Assembly (NCBI GenBank): GCA_050287845.1
Contig: JBNKCR010000071.1
Span: 1 to 64,000, forward strand
DNA from: Polyangia bacterium
GTDB lineage: Bacteria > Myxococcota_A > Polyangia > JAAYKL01
Length of the DNA stretch: 64,000 nucleotides
Direction of reading: 5' to 3'
Of this stretch, positions 30,350 through 40,724 are shown one piece after another; position 1 is the stretch's first letter, and each line of letters starts with the position of its first letter. The position numbers were made by a program, and so were the translations under genes. The notes under the pieces are model-generated. The model did not search any database. It worked only from the letters and a program-made list of their open reading frames with translations, and had not been told where the DNA came from.

Positions 30350-31759
30350 ATGACAACACAAAGAGATACCTGGGGGTCCAAATTCGGATTCATCATGGCC
30401 GCTGCGGGCAGCGCCGTAGGGCTTGGAAATTTATGGAAGTTTCCGTATATCACCTGGGAAAACCACGGCGGTGCGTTTGTTCTGGTGTACCTGGTGGCCG
30501 TTCTGATCCTGGGACTGCCCATTATGATGGCGGAAATTTTTGTCGGCCGGGCCGCCCATCTGTCCGGTGCCCCGGCATATAAGAAGCTGGGCGGCAAGGG
30601 CTGGAGCAAACTGGGGTATCTGGGGGCCGCTTCGGGGGGAATCATCCTTTCGTACTACATGGTGATTGCGGGGTGGTCCCTGTATTCGTTTCAGCAGTGC
30701 CTGGGATGGTCATTCAGCGGCTACGAATCGCCATCGGCCGATGCATTCGGAAAATTTCTTTCGAATGGCCCACTGCAAATTGGCCTGACGCTGCTTTTTT
30801 CTGTCGGCAGCGCCGCCATTGTATTGCGCGGTGTAGGGCGTGGGATTGAAAAAGCCACCAAAATCATGATGCCCGTTCTGATCCTTATTATGCTCTATCT
30901 GGTCGGGACGGCCATGTTCATGCCGGGACGAAATGAAGCCTTTGCCATGATTTTCAAGGCGGATTTCGCCAGATTGCCGGCCCTTGGCTATCTCGAAGCA
31001 ATGGGACATTCATTTTTTACCCTGTCGCTCGGACTGGGCGCCATGGTGGCCTACGGATCTTATATGAAAAAAACGGATTCCATTACCCACAGTGCCATCT
31101 GGGTGGTGGCCCTGGACACGATTTTTGCGCTTCTGGCCTGTATTGCCATGTTCACCATCATCATGTCAGTGCCCGAGGTGAAAGCCCAGGTCTCCCAGGG
31201 ACATGTGGGCACCGTGGGGATGCTGTTCATTACGCTTCCGCAGCTGTTTTATACCGAAATGCCGGGCGGCGCGGTGCTTGCGCCCCTGTTTTATGTACTG
31301 GTGGCATTCGCGGCTCTGTCGTCCACCCTGTCGCTGGGGGAGGTGGTTGCATCGATTATGATTGACCGTCGGGGCTGGGGTCGGAAAAAAGCGGTATTGA
31401 TTACCAGTGGCGTCGTATTTGCCGGATCGGTGTTCGCGGCATTGTCTCTCGGCGCGTCGGAAACGTTGAGTTCACCGACTTTCACGGGAGTTCCCATTCT
31501 GGGAACCATCTTCGGCACCAAAGTGGGCATTCTTTCGTTGCTGGACCATCTGGCCGCCAACTGGCTGCTTCCGCTGGGCGGACTGGGAACAACGATATTC
31601 GTGGGCTGGTTCCTGAAGAACGATTTCATCCTGAAAGAACTCAACATTAAAAATTCAAATGTGGTCTTCAATCTCTGGATATGGTGTCTGAGGATAGTAG
31701 CGCCTGCAGCAATTATCATTCTGATTATTTCCGTATTCAGCGGCAAAGACTTTTCGTGA
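30350..31759 (+). CDS. Sodium-dependent transporter, NSS/SNF family
   Basis: WGSKFGFIMAAAGSAVGLGNLWKFPY, GIEK, FFTLSLG and YGSY motifs; many TMs. Confidence 0.96.
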   Translation: MTTQRDTWGSKFGFIMAAAGSAVGLGNLWKFPYITWENHGGAFVLVYLVAVLILGLPIMMAEIFVGRAAHLSGAPAYKKLGGKGWSKLGYLGAASGGIILSYYMVIAGWSLYSFQQCLGWSFSGYESPSADAFGKFLSNGPLQIGLTLLFSVGSAAIVLRGVGRGIEKATKIMMPVLILIMLYLVGTAMFMPGRNEAFAMIFKADFARLPALGYLEAMGHSFFTLSLGLGAMVAYGSYMKKTDSITHSAIWVVALDTIFALLACIAMFTIIMSVPEVKAQVSQGHVGTVGMLFITLPQLFYTEMPGGAVLAPLFYVLVAFAALSSTLSLGEVVASIMIDRRGWGRKKAVLITSGVVFAGSVFAALSLGASETLSSPTFTGVPILGTIFGTKVGILSLLDHLAANWLLPLGGLGTTIFVGWFLKNDFILKELNIKNSNVVFNLWIWCLRIVAPAAIIILIISVFSGKDFS

Positions 31760-31775
31760 TCGGTTTCCATTCACG

Positions 31776-34160
31776 ATGACCGGATTTCTGCCTGTATTTG
31801 AAATTCAATCCGCTTTTCTCGAAGCTGTAAAAAAAGAAAGAGTGGTGGTGACTGCGCCCACTGGCAGCGGGAAATCCACGGAACTGCCCAGGTGGCTGGC
31901 CAGAACTGACCGGGTACTGGTCATTGAGCCGAGACGGGTTGCCTGTCTGGGTCTCTGTGAACGGGTGAGTTACCTTGAGGGAAGCAGGGTGGGAGACAGG
32001 GTGGGGTATCATGTTCGGGGGCAGAGCCGGTTTCATGATGGGACACAAATCCTGTTTGTTACGCCGGGGATTGCCCTGCGCTATTTTTCGTCTTTAAAAC
32101 TGCAACAGTTTTCGGCTGTGGTCCTCGACGAATTTCATGAACGGGGTATTGAAACGGATCTGCTGCTGGCGTTGCTCAAAAAAAATTTCGCCGGAAAGCT
32201 GGTGGTGACCAGTGCGACCATCAATGCGGTACCCATTGCCGAATATCTGGGGGCCCGTGTGCTGAAGGCCAAAGGTACGCTATACGATGTGGCGGTGAAG
32301 TATGTGGGGCCAACGGATGCGCTGCCTTCTGCGGAACGGCTGGAAGACCGGGTGAACCATGCGGTGGAGTTGGCGATGGCATACAGCGGGGACATTCTGG
32401 TATTTCTGCCGGGCAAGTCAGAGATTCGTCGTGTGGCCCAGCGTCTTGCGGCCCATCCGCAACTGGATGTCATGGTGATGCACGGGGATTTGGGGCTTGG
32501 CGAGCAGGAAAAAGTATTTGGCGTATCTCAGAAGCGCAAAGTGGTTCTGTCGACCAATGTGTGCGAAACCTCCATCACCGTACCGGGGATCGGCGTGGTG
32601 ATTGACAGTGGTCTGGTGCGGCGAACGAGATTTGTGGATGACCGGGGGTTTTTAACGCTTATGCCCATTGCCGGGGACAGTGCGGATCAGCGGAAAGGTC
32701 GGGCCGGGCGGACGGCGGCGGGTGTGTGTTTTCGACTCTGGAGCGAACGGGCGGTGCTCGAAAGATACACGCCCGCGGAGATCTACAGAGAATCCCTGAC
32801 CCAGATGGTTCTGGCCACTGCTTCCTGTGGGGAGCGAATGGATACCATTGATTTTTATGAGACGCCAAGGGAGTATGCGGTGGCGGCGGCGGAGTCGTCG
32901 CTGATGCGGCTGGGGGCGCTGGATACGGACCGACGCATTACCGCACGGGGCGAAGCGCTGTTCGGGTTGCCGATTTCGGCAGACAGGGCGGCGCTGCTGG
33001 TGGACGCGGAGCAGGCCGGGATGCTCAGGGAAGCCATTGATGTCGTCAGCGTGGCCGAAACACCCGGGGAATTGTTTTTTTCCGGCAAACGACCCGATAA
33101 TCCGGAAGATGATTTCAGGCTGCAGGGGTGTGATGTGAAAGCGACGTTGCTGGCCATGCAGTGTCATCCCCGGGATGCGGCCAGGTATGAAATTCATCCG
33201 GGTGCGCTGAGCGAGGCGCAAAAACTTCGAAATGAGCTCCGCGCGGCCTTCTGCATCGACCCAAAGGCCCCTGTCGACGTTGGTCATGCGTCAGAATTGG
33301 CCCGACTCTTTGTCCGCACTGATCCCCGGTGTGCCTACGTGGCCCGGCGAAAACGGGGGCGGTTGTTTTTTGCCAACGGGGATGGAAAGGAAATCACCCT
33401 TTCATCGTCCAGTGCCATTCTCGAAGAAAAGGTGGAGACCATTGTGGTGTTTGCCACCGTGGCCACCGGACTGGGATATCGCGAAAAAGATGCGCGAATT
33501 CTGGTGACCATGGCGTCGCCGTTAAAACGGGCGGAGCTGGCCGCTCTGGGGGTTGGCCGGATGATGGTGTCTGCGCCGCAACTGGTAAAGGGAAAAGTGA
33601 TTGCGAAAGTGGAACAGGTGCATGCGGGATGCATTCTGAGCACGGATGAAAATATCCCCACCGGGGAAGGTGCGGTCACGGCAATTGCCGAGTTGTTTCT
33701 GCGCGGCAGCGTATTTGCCGCCCAATTGCGGCGAACTACCCAACGACTGGCGGAAGCGGCGTTGCTGGGGCAGGTGCTGGAAGCGGGACTGGGAGACGAA
33801 ATGCTCGATATGGGTTCCTACACGACACCTGTTCCTTCTGCGGAGATGTGGCTCAGAAATCAGTTGGTGTCCCTGGGGATTGAGAGCGGCGCTGACTTCG
33901 AGCTGCTCGATGAATCTGATTTTCTGGCGCCGGCGCTTCCGGAGTGGAGTCAGCAATGGATCCAGGCAAGGTTTCCTCTTTCGCTGAACGTGGGGGATGC
34001 CCAATACAATGTGGAGTACGATTTCAGAGCCCGTCAGGTGACTTTGCTCAAGTACGCGGGCACGCGCAAGGGACCACCGTCCATTCATACCGTCCCATCA
34101 TTCGGTGGGTTTAAAATCAAGGTAAAACATCACACGCAGACCTGGATGATCAGGGGATAA
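31776..34160 (+). CDS. hrpB: ATP-dependent RNA helicase, HrpB-like
   Basis: APTGSGKST, EPRR, DEFHER, SAT, LVFLPG, ETSIT and QRKGRAGR motifs. Confidence 0.88.
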   Translation: MTGFLPVFEIQSAFLEAVKKERVVVTAPTGSGKSTELPRWLARTDRVLVIEPRRVACLGLCERVSYLEGSRVGDRVGYHVRGQSRFHDGTQILFVTPGIALRYFSSLKLQQFSAVVLDEFHERGIETDLLLALLKKNFAGKLVVTSATINAVPIAEYLGARVLKAKGTLYDVAVKYVGPTDALPSAERLEDRVNHAVELAMAYSGDILVFLPGKSEIRRVAQRLAAHPQLDVMVMHGDLGLGEQEKVFGVSQKRKVVLSTNVCETSITVPGIGVVIDSGLVRRTRFVDDRGFLTLMPIAGDSADQRKGRAGRTAAGVCFRLWSERAVLERYTPAEIYRESLTQMVLATASCGERMDTIDFYETPREYAVAAAESSLMRLGALDTDRRITARGEALFGLPISADRAALLVDAEQAGMLREAIDVVSVAETPGELFFSGKRPDNPEDDFRLQGCDVKATLLAMQCHPRDAARYEIHPGALSEAQKLRNELRAAFCIDPKAPVDVGHASELARLFVRTDPRCAYVARRKRGRLFFANGDGKEITLSSSSAILEEKVETIVVFATVATGLGYREKDARILVTMASPLKRAELAALGVGRMMVSAPQLVKGKVIAKVEQVHAGCILSTDENIPTGEGAVTAIAELFLRGSVFAAQLRRTTQRLAEAALLGQVLEAGLGDEMLDMGSYTTPVPSAEMWLRNQLVSLGIESGADFELLDESDFLAPALPEWSQQWIQARFPLSLNVGDAQYNVEYDFRARQVTLLKYAGTRKGPPSIHTVPSFGGFKIKVKHHTQTWMIRG

Positions 34161-34211
34161 AAAAAAAACGCCAATTCGGGGTCGATTCAGTGATTTTGCA
34201 GGGGGCGAACA

Positions 34212-35816
34212 TCATCCCGGGGTTTCAGGAGAAGCGGTTGGTGACGATTCCTGGTCCCGTGTCTGCCATCGGTCCATTTTCCGTTTGAGCAGTGCGAGGG
34301 AGTCATTGATTTCCTTTGTGGCGGAAACAATGCTGGTGCTGATGTTCTGATTTGAAAAAGCAGAAGTGTGAATCTCTACAATCGCGGACGCAATCTGTGA
34401 AAGCCCGGTATGCTGCTGCCGGATATTGGTGGCGATGAGCTTTGCAAAGTTGGAGTTTTCCCGGATGGCTTCAATCAGGTCATGCATGATGGTGCCGGCA
34501 TTGGCAATACTGAGTACTCCCTGGGCGCTTCGGTCCTTGCCTCGCTGGGCCAATCCCTCCATCGCCTCGATGGCTGACCGAATGGATGCGATGGTGCCGG
34601 TAATCCGTAGCGTGGCATTTTTTGATTGGGTTCCCAGTTCTTTCACTTCCTGCGCCACCACAGCAAAGCCGGCTCCGAATTCCCCGGCACTCGCGGCTTC
34701 GATGGATGCGTTTACCGCCAGAATCTGTGATTGCTCTGCAATGGCGTTTACGGACTGAATAATTTCCCCGACCTCCTGAAGATAGGCGAGCAATATTTTA
34801 CTTTTTTCAACCAGCTCCCGCGATTCCGCCTGAATGTCCTTCATGATGTCGCTGGTATGGTCGATGATTTGTCTGCCCTGGACCGATACTGCAGCCGTCT
34901 TTTCTGCGGCAGCGACAATATTCTTTGCATTGGTCGCAGTATCCTGCTCTGTTTTTGCCAGAACCTCCACTGTTGTGGCGGTGCCGGTCACAGCGGCTGC
35001 CTGTTCTGCAGCTGATGTAGCCAGATCGGTCATGTTCTGTTCGGTCATGGCTGACATGGAAGAAATTTTCAGCGTCAGTTCCTTGATGGCAATCACCTGG
35101 GATTGCAGTTCCGCAGCCATCTGTTCAATGGCCGCCGCCAGTCGTTTCATCTCCGGCGTATCACTCTTCGCCACTCCCAGTTGGGTCAGGTCGCCACTGG
35201 CAAATCGCTCCGCGGCCTGCACCAGTGCATTGATGGGGCGAGTCATGCGATCCCCCACGACAAATGCCAATCCGGTTGCCAGCACAATACCGATTATCAT
35301 TGCAATGATGAACAGCAAAATGCTGCGATCCTTCTGGTAGGAATACGCGTTCCGATCCACCACAATCGCCACTTCTCCGATGGGGGTGGCCCCATTTCGA
35401 CGAATCGGCATTCTGACGGCAATCAGCGCATCGTCCAGGGGGGTCGGGGAATAATGTTTCAGCTCGGAAATCTGTTCGATGAAAGGGGTGATATGGCGGT
35501 CGATGTCTAAGGTGACATACGTTTGCATCTGGTTGTCCAATACAAGAATTCCGGCGATACTTTTATTTTTTTTCACATAACTTCGCAATCGATTCGAAAT
35601 GCTGTCCTTTTTAGCATGCTGCAACAGGGGAGCAATTTCGGCGGCAACTATTCTGGCATGCGCACTGGTTTCGCGAATGACAAACTGATCCAGTTCCTTC
35701 CTGAAATCGGAGATGCTGGAGAAAAATAGAGTGAATATCGTTGACGCCAGTATCACGCCCAGTCCGAGCATTCCCAGCATCAGTTTCCATCTGAGAGGCA
35801 ATTGATATTTGGTCAT
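34212..35816 (-). CDS. Methyl-accepting chemotaxis protein
   Basis: Two TMs, HAMP (RPINAL...GDL), signalling hairpin IAEQSQILAVNASIEAASAGEFGAGFAVVA. Confidence 0.93.
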   Translation of the reverse strand: MTKYQLPLRWKLMLGMLGLGVILASTIFTLFFSSISDFRKELDQFVIRETSAHARIVAAEIAPLLQHAKKDSISNRLRSYVKKNKSIAGILVLDNQMQTYVTLDIDRHITPFIEQISELKHYSPTPLDDALIAVRMPIRRNGATPIGEVAIVVDRNAYSYQKDRSILLFIIAMIIGIVLATGLAFVVGDRMTRPINALVQAAERFASGDLTQLGVAKSDTPEMKRLAAAIEQMAAELQSQVIAIKELTLKISSMSAMTEQNMTDLATSAAEQAAAVTGTATTVEVLAKTEQDTATNAKNIVAAAEKTAAVSVQGRQIIDHTSDIMKDIQAESRELVEKSKILLAYLQEVGEIIQSVNAIAEQSQILAVNASIEAASAGEFGAGFAVVAQEVKELGTQSKNATLRITGTIASIRSAIEAMEGLAQRGKDRSAQGVLSIANAGTIMHDLIEAIRENSNFAKLIATNIRQQHTGLSQIASAIVEIHTSAFSNQNISTSIVSATKEINDSLALLKRKMDRWQTRDQESSPTASPETPG

Positions 35817-36125
35817 TGGTTGTGTCTACCTCATACGAACAAACGGGAAAAGTTAATTTCACAATGCATACAAACGAATCGTTATGAAAAATAAAAGTAT
35901 GTATCTTTTTTAGGGGACGGGCTATCGAATAGTGTACGGGTTATCGAACTGAATGGTTTTATCCACAATTTTTGCGGGAACGACGAAACGAAACCATGGT
36001 ATGGACCCGTTGTGCGACTGGATTGCACAGGAATCGATGACGTGGTTCACTGTCGTGAAAAGAGATGGTACGCGCGCAGATGGCACACGGATAAAGCACT
36101 GACAGCGTTGCGTCAGTGACGGCGA

Positions 36126-36881
36126 TTATTCGCTATCTGACTCCCCGTCTGTCGATTCGATGATCGGCTCACCGGTGAACACAAGAATACGCAGACAGCT
36201 CTGGCAGGTGATGACCGACTCCCCCCGTTGCAATTCAATGAATCTCTGGGGCAGTATGCCAAAGTTGCATCCCGCACAGATGGGCTCGGTAATCGACACG
36301 ATTGCCTGTCCCAGCTTTTTCTGAATTCGTTCGTAAAATCGCAGGCTCTTCGGGGTAATCTGAGAGGTCAGTGCCTTGCGCCCCCCGTCTGTCTCAGAGA
36401 GAATGGACTGAATTTCCGCCATTCGTGCCTTGCCGTCGGATTCGGTTGCCAGCAAATGTTCCTCGAGCTCGGCAAACTCTTTCCTGTGTTCGTCGATGGC
36501 AATCCGATACTGCTCAATGGCTTCCATCAATTCCATCAGATCTTTTTCCTGATCACTGATGTTTTTCTTGATGGTATCGATTTCTCTCTGGGCGGCTTTG
36601 CTTTCTTTTTCATTCCGGGCGGCCTGCAGTTTGCTCTTGCTTTTCGCGAGTAAATCGTTTTGGAGAGCGATTTCTTTTTCTTTGTCGGTTTTCCAGCCTT
36701 CAGCATCTTCAAGACGATTCTGTTCCTTTTGCAGGATAACGCGGATGTTTTCCACATTTTGTCGGACGTCTTCAATCTGGGCGGGAATATCGTCGAGTTC
36801 TCTACGAATATCGATGGTTTTCAGGTCCAGTTCCTGGAGCTTCAGCAGGTTTGCCAGGTCTTGTTGCACAGTCAATTGCAA
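36126..36881 (-). CDS. Coiled-coil protein with C4-type zinc ribbon (DUF164 family)
   Basis: LLKLQELD start, long coiled coil, CAGC...CQSC.RIL. Confidence 0.9.
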   Translation of the reverse strand: MQLTVQQDLANLLKLQELDLKTIDIRRELDDIPAQIEDVRQNVENIRVILQKEQNRLEDAEGWKTDKEKEIALQNDLLAKSKSKLQAARNEKESKAAQREIDTIKKNISDQEKDLMELMEAIEQYRIAIDEHRKEFAELEEHLLATESDGKARMAEIQSILSETDGGRKALTSQITPKSLRFYERIQKKLGQAIVSITEPICAGCNFGILPQRFIELQRGESVITCQSCLRILVFTGEPIIESTDGESDSE

Positions 36882-36987
36882 ATCCTTTTCACTCGTATTT
36901 TCAAAATACCCATTTCATTGAAACGGGGTGCTGATTCACGGGTACCGTATGCACCGGATAGGTAATATCGATGCATACGGCGATTAG

Positions 36988-37062
36988 TGGGCTCGTCCGG
37001 AATCGAACCGGAAACCGCCCGGTTATGAGCCGGGAGCTCTAACCTAGTTGAGCTACAAGCCC
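36988..37062 (-). tRNA. tRNA with CAT anticodon, probably tRNA-Ile2 (lysidine type); CCA not encoded
   Basis: GGGCTTG/CGAGCCC acceptor stem, TAGCTCA D-arm, CCCGG-CTCATAA-CCGGG anticodon arm, GGTTCGATTCC T-arm; discriminator A followed by CTA. Confidence 0.93.
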
Positions 37063-37077
37063 GCTTCAGCGATGCGC

Positions 37078-37105
37078 ATTATAATACGTGTCTTTTTCGA
37101 TGCAA
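37078..37105 (-). promoter_or_regulatory. Sigma70-type stable-RNA promoter for the tRNA
   Basis: TTGCAT-N16-TATAAT followed by GC-rich discriminator GCGC, 15 nt upstream of the tRNA 5' end. Confidence 0.8.
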
Positions 37106-37217
37106 GAGTTTAAATCATTTGATATGAAATTATCCGCCGGGCCTTGGATGGCGGGCCGTTTTTCGCTTTGTCCGGCAGATAATGGCTGGATATAACGATA
37201 CACAGGGAGTGTTTGAT

Positions 37218-38246
37218 ATGAAGATAGGTATTGTTGGTTTTGCAGGCTCGGGAAAGACAACGCTGTTCAATGCGCTGACTGGACAGGATGTTCCCGTCGG
37301 CTTCGGCAATAAGGTGAATCTGGGGACTATCAAGGTGCCGGATGCCCGGGTGGATCGGCTGGCAGAAATTCACCAACCGAGAAAAGTGACCTACACCGAA
37401 ATTATGTTTGCCGATGTTCCTGGCGGGAAGGGCAGTACCAGTCTGGATACGCAGACCCTGGGCAAGATACGGGAAATGGATGCTTTGGCTCAGGTGGTGC
37501 GTGGATTTGATGAAGGCGCCGGGACGCCGGACCCGGTCAACGAAATTATCGGCTTCGAATCCGAGCTCATTCTTTCGGACATGTCCGTGGTGGAAAAGCG
37601 CCTCGAAAAATTGCGCAAGGATCGATCGGATCCCAAGCTGCTTGAACTCCTCGAACAATGCAGTGCGTGTCTGGAAGAGGAAAAACCACTGCGTACCCTG
37701 ACATTTTCCGCCCCCGAGCAGAAAATGCTCTCCGGGTTCACATTTCTTTCCGCCAAACCCATCATGTTTGTACTCAGTTTGCCGGAAGGCGCCGATGCGA
37801 CCCGCTTACCGGAGGACGTTGCCCGGCTCAGCGAAGAAAAAGGGTTGACCATCGTGCCCATCTGCACCGCTATCGAGGCGGAAATCGCTTCGCTCGATAA
37901 AGACGATCAACTCGAATTCCTGAAGGATTTGGGACTGACAGAGCCGGCTTCGGCGCGTTTTATCAAGTCGGCATATCGGTTGCTCAACCTCATTACCTTC
38001 TTAACCCAGGGACCTGACGAGTGCCGCGCCTGGTCCATCCGCGACGGATACAACGCCCAGGAGGCAGCCGGCGCCATTCACAGCGATTTGGCACGGGGAT
38101 TTATCCGGGCCGAGGTGATTTCATTTGATGATTTCGTAAAAACCGGTAGCGAAGCCGCGTGTCGCGAAAACGGAACGCTCCGGGTGGAAGGCAAGGAATA
38201 CATCGTAAAGGACGGCGACATCATGCATGTTCGCTTCAATGTGTGA
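37218..38246 (+). CDS. ychF: YchF-family ribosome-binding ATPase
   Basis: GFAGSGKTTLFNALT, VPDARVD, LITFLT.GPDECRAW, AGAIHSDLARGFIRAEV, EGKEYIVKDGD. Confidence 0.93.
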   Translation: MKIGIVGFAGSGKTTLFNALTGQDVPVGFGNKVNLGTIKVPDARVDRLAEIHQPRKVTYTEIMFADVPGGKGSTSLDTQTLGKIREMDALAQVVRGFDEGAGTPDPVNEIIGFESELILSDMSVVEKRLEKLRKDRSDPKLLELLEQCSACLEEEKPLRTLTFSAPEQKMLSGFTFLSAKPIMFVLSLPEGADATRLPEDVARLSEEKGLTIVPICTAIEAEIASLDKDDQLEFLKDLGLTEPASARFIKSAYRLLNLITFLTQGPDECRAWSIRDGYNAQEAAGAIHSDLARGFIRAEVISFDDFVKTGSEAACRENGTLRVEGKEYIVKDGDIMHVRFNV

Positions 38247-38319
38247 GTTTTGTGTGGTTGATGAAAAGTCCCCGGCAGATGTTGATGGCGCCGGCAGGCC
38301 CGGGACGCTGTGATTCCGG

Positions 38320-39495
38320 TTACATTCCAGATGCGACAATCGGATGTTCGGCAGCGGTCTGCCAGGGAACGTCTGGCCACCACCGTTTGAGCGGCGGAGG
38401 CGCTGATGGGATGATGGACTGGCCGGGCATGGGCACCACAATCGGTGCGGCGCGTTCAATGGCGGCGGCAATCAGACGCTCTGCCGGTTCCACCCAACTG
38501 TGGAGCGCGAGATCAAATGTACCCCAGTGCACGGGAATCAACAACCCGCCCTGGGCATTCCGAACCGCGGCAACCGCCTGTTCCGGACCGAGATGCAAAT
38601 CCGCCCAGAATCGGTGGTAGGCCCCGATTTCCACAAGGGTGGCGTCGAATGGTCCAAGCCGGTTGCCAATTTCTTTGAATTCCGGACACATGCCGGTATC
38701 GCCCGTGTAATACACGCTGTGTTGAGGGCCGGCGAATGCGAAGCCTGCCCATAGGGTTCGGTTCCGGTCCCCAAAGCCGCGCCCCGAAAAATGTCTTGCG
38801 GGGGTTGCAGTGATGTGGATGCCTCTGATATCGGTATGTTCCCACCAGTTGAGCGCGGTAACCTGCGACGGGTCAATGCCAAAACTTTCAAGCCTTGCGT
38901 CCACACCCAGGGGGACAATCAATGGCACGCCGGTCCGGGCCAGATGCTGCACCGTGGGTTTATCCAGATGATCGTAGTGGTCGTGGGAAATCACCACGGC
39001 GTCCAGCTCCGGCAAGTCCGGGAGGGCCAGGGGAATGTCAGAGAATCGCTTCGGTCCCATCCACGAAAAAGGTGAGCTGCGTTTTGACCATACCGGATCG
39101 GTCAGGATTCGCACCCCATCCAACTCGATAAGTATTGTGGAATGCCCAAGCCACGTGATGCGAAGTCCGGATTCCGGCAAAGCGTTCAATTCAGTGGCCA
39201 CCAATTGGTGAACCGGAATGGGCCCATCCGGGGTGGTGTGCTTCGCCCCCTTTATCCATTCCCACAGTGTCCTGAAGAATGCGGGTTCTTCGGCCGGGAT
39301 GGTGTTGATGAATTTCCCATTTTTAAAATTGGACATTGTGCTGTAGCTGTCCGTTTTTTTGGCCGTCGGTGTTTTTCCGATGGCGGTGCATGCTGAAGTC
39401 ATCGCCAAACCTCCACAAAGTAATATGGTCACGATTGCCAGTAATGCGACCAGTTGCCATCTCCCTTTCGGAAGCGGCAAATGTACAGAATTCAT
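38320..39495 (-). CDS. MBL-fold metallo-hydrolase (RomA/NAPE-PLD-like), exported
   Basis: WLGHST, ISHDHYDHLD, PARHFSGR, GDTG and PVHWGTF motifs. Confidence 0.93.
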   Translation of the reverse strand: MNSVHLPLPKGRWQLVALLAIVTILLCGGLAMTSACTAIGKTPTAKKTDSYSTMSNFKNGKFINTIPAEEPAFFRTLWEWIKGAKHTTPDGPIPVHQLVATELNALPESGLRITWLGHSTILIELDGVRILTDPVWSKRSSPFSWMGPKRFSDIPLALPDLPELDAVVISHDHYDHLDKPTVQHLARTGVPLIVPLGVDARLESFGIDPSQVTALNWWEHTDIRGIHITATPARHFSGRGFGDRNRTLWAGFAFAGPQHSVYYTGDTGMCPEFKEIGNRLGPFDATLVEIGAYHRFWADLHLGPEQAVAAVRNAQGGLLIPVHWGTFDLALHSWVEPAERLIAAAIERAAPIVVPMPGQSIIPSAPPPLKRWWPDVPWQTAAEHPIVASGM

Positions 39496-40595
39496 TATCC
39501 GCTCCCGGTGGCGGCCACATCAGCGCCGTTCAGGGAAATTTCGGACAGCCGGTAGTGGGATGAACCCAGACCGATTTTTTCCGCGAGGGCAAAGGTTTTG
39601 TATCCCCGAAATTTTTTGCCCCGTGCCTTCACCATGTCGTAACAGGCTTTGTCGATGGCCACGGGATCGGTGGACGCGAAAATGCCGATGTCGGGCATCA
39701 GCGGCTTCATTTTTCGGGCTTCGCAATCGCATCCGGCGGTGATGTTCATGGCAAAATTGAGATACACATTGTTTCTGCCCTTGCCCGCGGCAAAGGCGCC
39801 TTCAACCAGCTTTTCAACAAACGGATTGCCGATGCCGACAAATCTGGCGACGCTTTTTACCGTGAACAGCGATACCGCCTCCGCCGGGCAGACCGCCACA
39901 CAGGCCCCGCACCCGACGCATCGGTCCAGGTCGATTCGTGCTTTGGCTTTCCGGTCTTCTTTGTCCGGGATACAAAGGGCATTCTCGTTGCATCGATCGA
40001 GACAACGCCGGCAACGGGTACATTTGCGGTTGACGATTCGCGGTTTCTCCCCCATGTGCATGGCCAGCTTTCCCCCTTTGGCCGCATAGCCCATTGACAG
40101 TTGCTTTATGGCGCCACCAAATCCGGCCAGCATGTGCCCTTTGAAATGAGAGATGACGATGAGCTGATCATAATCGAGAAATGCCCGGCCCACTTTAAAG
40201 GTGCTGAAATGCTTCTGGTTGATTTCCACTTCGGCATACTCTTCACCGTGTTCGCCGTCGGCAAAAATAATGGGCAGCTGAGTGAATCCGTGTTTTCGCG
40301 CCGTCTGTTCATGGAGTTCTTTTTTATATCTCTGTCCGCCATACAGAACACAGGTTTCCATGAAGCAGCTTTCGATATTCCGGTCCCAAAGAAAGTCAAT
40401 TACCCCGAGATAGTTCTCGGGCCGGATGAACGTCACATTTTTCTGTTCGCCAAAATGAACCTTGAGGGGCACCGTGGAACGAAGAACGAGATTCTCCCGC
40501 TCAACGACGGTTTGCAGCAGTTGCTTCGACATAGCCTGAACAATGCTCGTATCCGCGGGGGCGGGGATTGGCATGAAATATACATTGGCAGTCAT
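39495..40595 (-). CDS. DUF362 domain protein with 2x[4Fe-4S] ferredoxin insert
   Basis: KVHFGE, SHFKGH, GFGGAIK, CxxCxxCxxxC twice, CDC, STDPVAIDKA. Confidence 0.9.
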   Translation of the reverse strand: MTANVYFMPIPAPADTSIVQAMSKQLLQTVVERENLVLRSTVPLKVHFGEQKNVTFIRPENYLGVIDFLWDRNIESCFMETCVLYGGQRYKKELHEQTARKHGFTQLPIIFADGEHGEEYAEVEINQKHFSTFKVGRAFLDYDQLIVISHFKGHMLAGFGGAIKQLSMGYAAKGGKLAMHMGEKPRIVNRKCTRCRRCLDRCNENALCIPDKEDRKAKARIDLDRCVGCGACVAVCPAEAVSLFTVKSVARFVGIGNPFVEKLVEGAFAAGKGRNNVYLNFAMNITAGCDCEARKMKPLMPDIGIFASTDPVAIDKACYDMVKARGKKFRGYKTFALAEKIGLGSSHYRLSEISLNGADVAATGSG

Positions 40596-40626
40596 GTTTT
40601 CATCCTTGCGAAATGGGTAAAATGAA

Positions 40627-40690
40627 ACTACACTACACAGTGTAGTGTTGATTCCTGATGTGTCAATGGGTTTTTACACTGCACAGTGTA
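40627..40690. promoter_or_regulatory. Two TetR-type operators, TACACT-N4-AGTGTA
   Basis: ACTACACT-ACAC-AGTGTAGT at 40627-40646 and TACACT-GCAC-AGTGTA at 40675-40690, between divergent tetR and the DUF362/MBL operon. Confidence 0.85.
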
Positions 40691-40724
40691 GTTTACCTTT
40701 TTGCCCTGTATTGTTTTAAAGATA

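Noticed and set aside
35817..36125. RNase P RNA expected downstream of the zinc-ribbon gene
   Set aside because: No GAGGAAAGUCC core on either strand. The GGGGAAAGTCCC at ~49747 lacks the other rnpB elements that I could see.
36988..37062. tRNA as an integration site for a prophage or island
   Set aside because: No integrase and no duplicated tRNA 3' end seen; the flanking genes are housekeeping.
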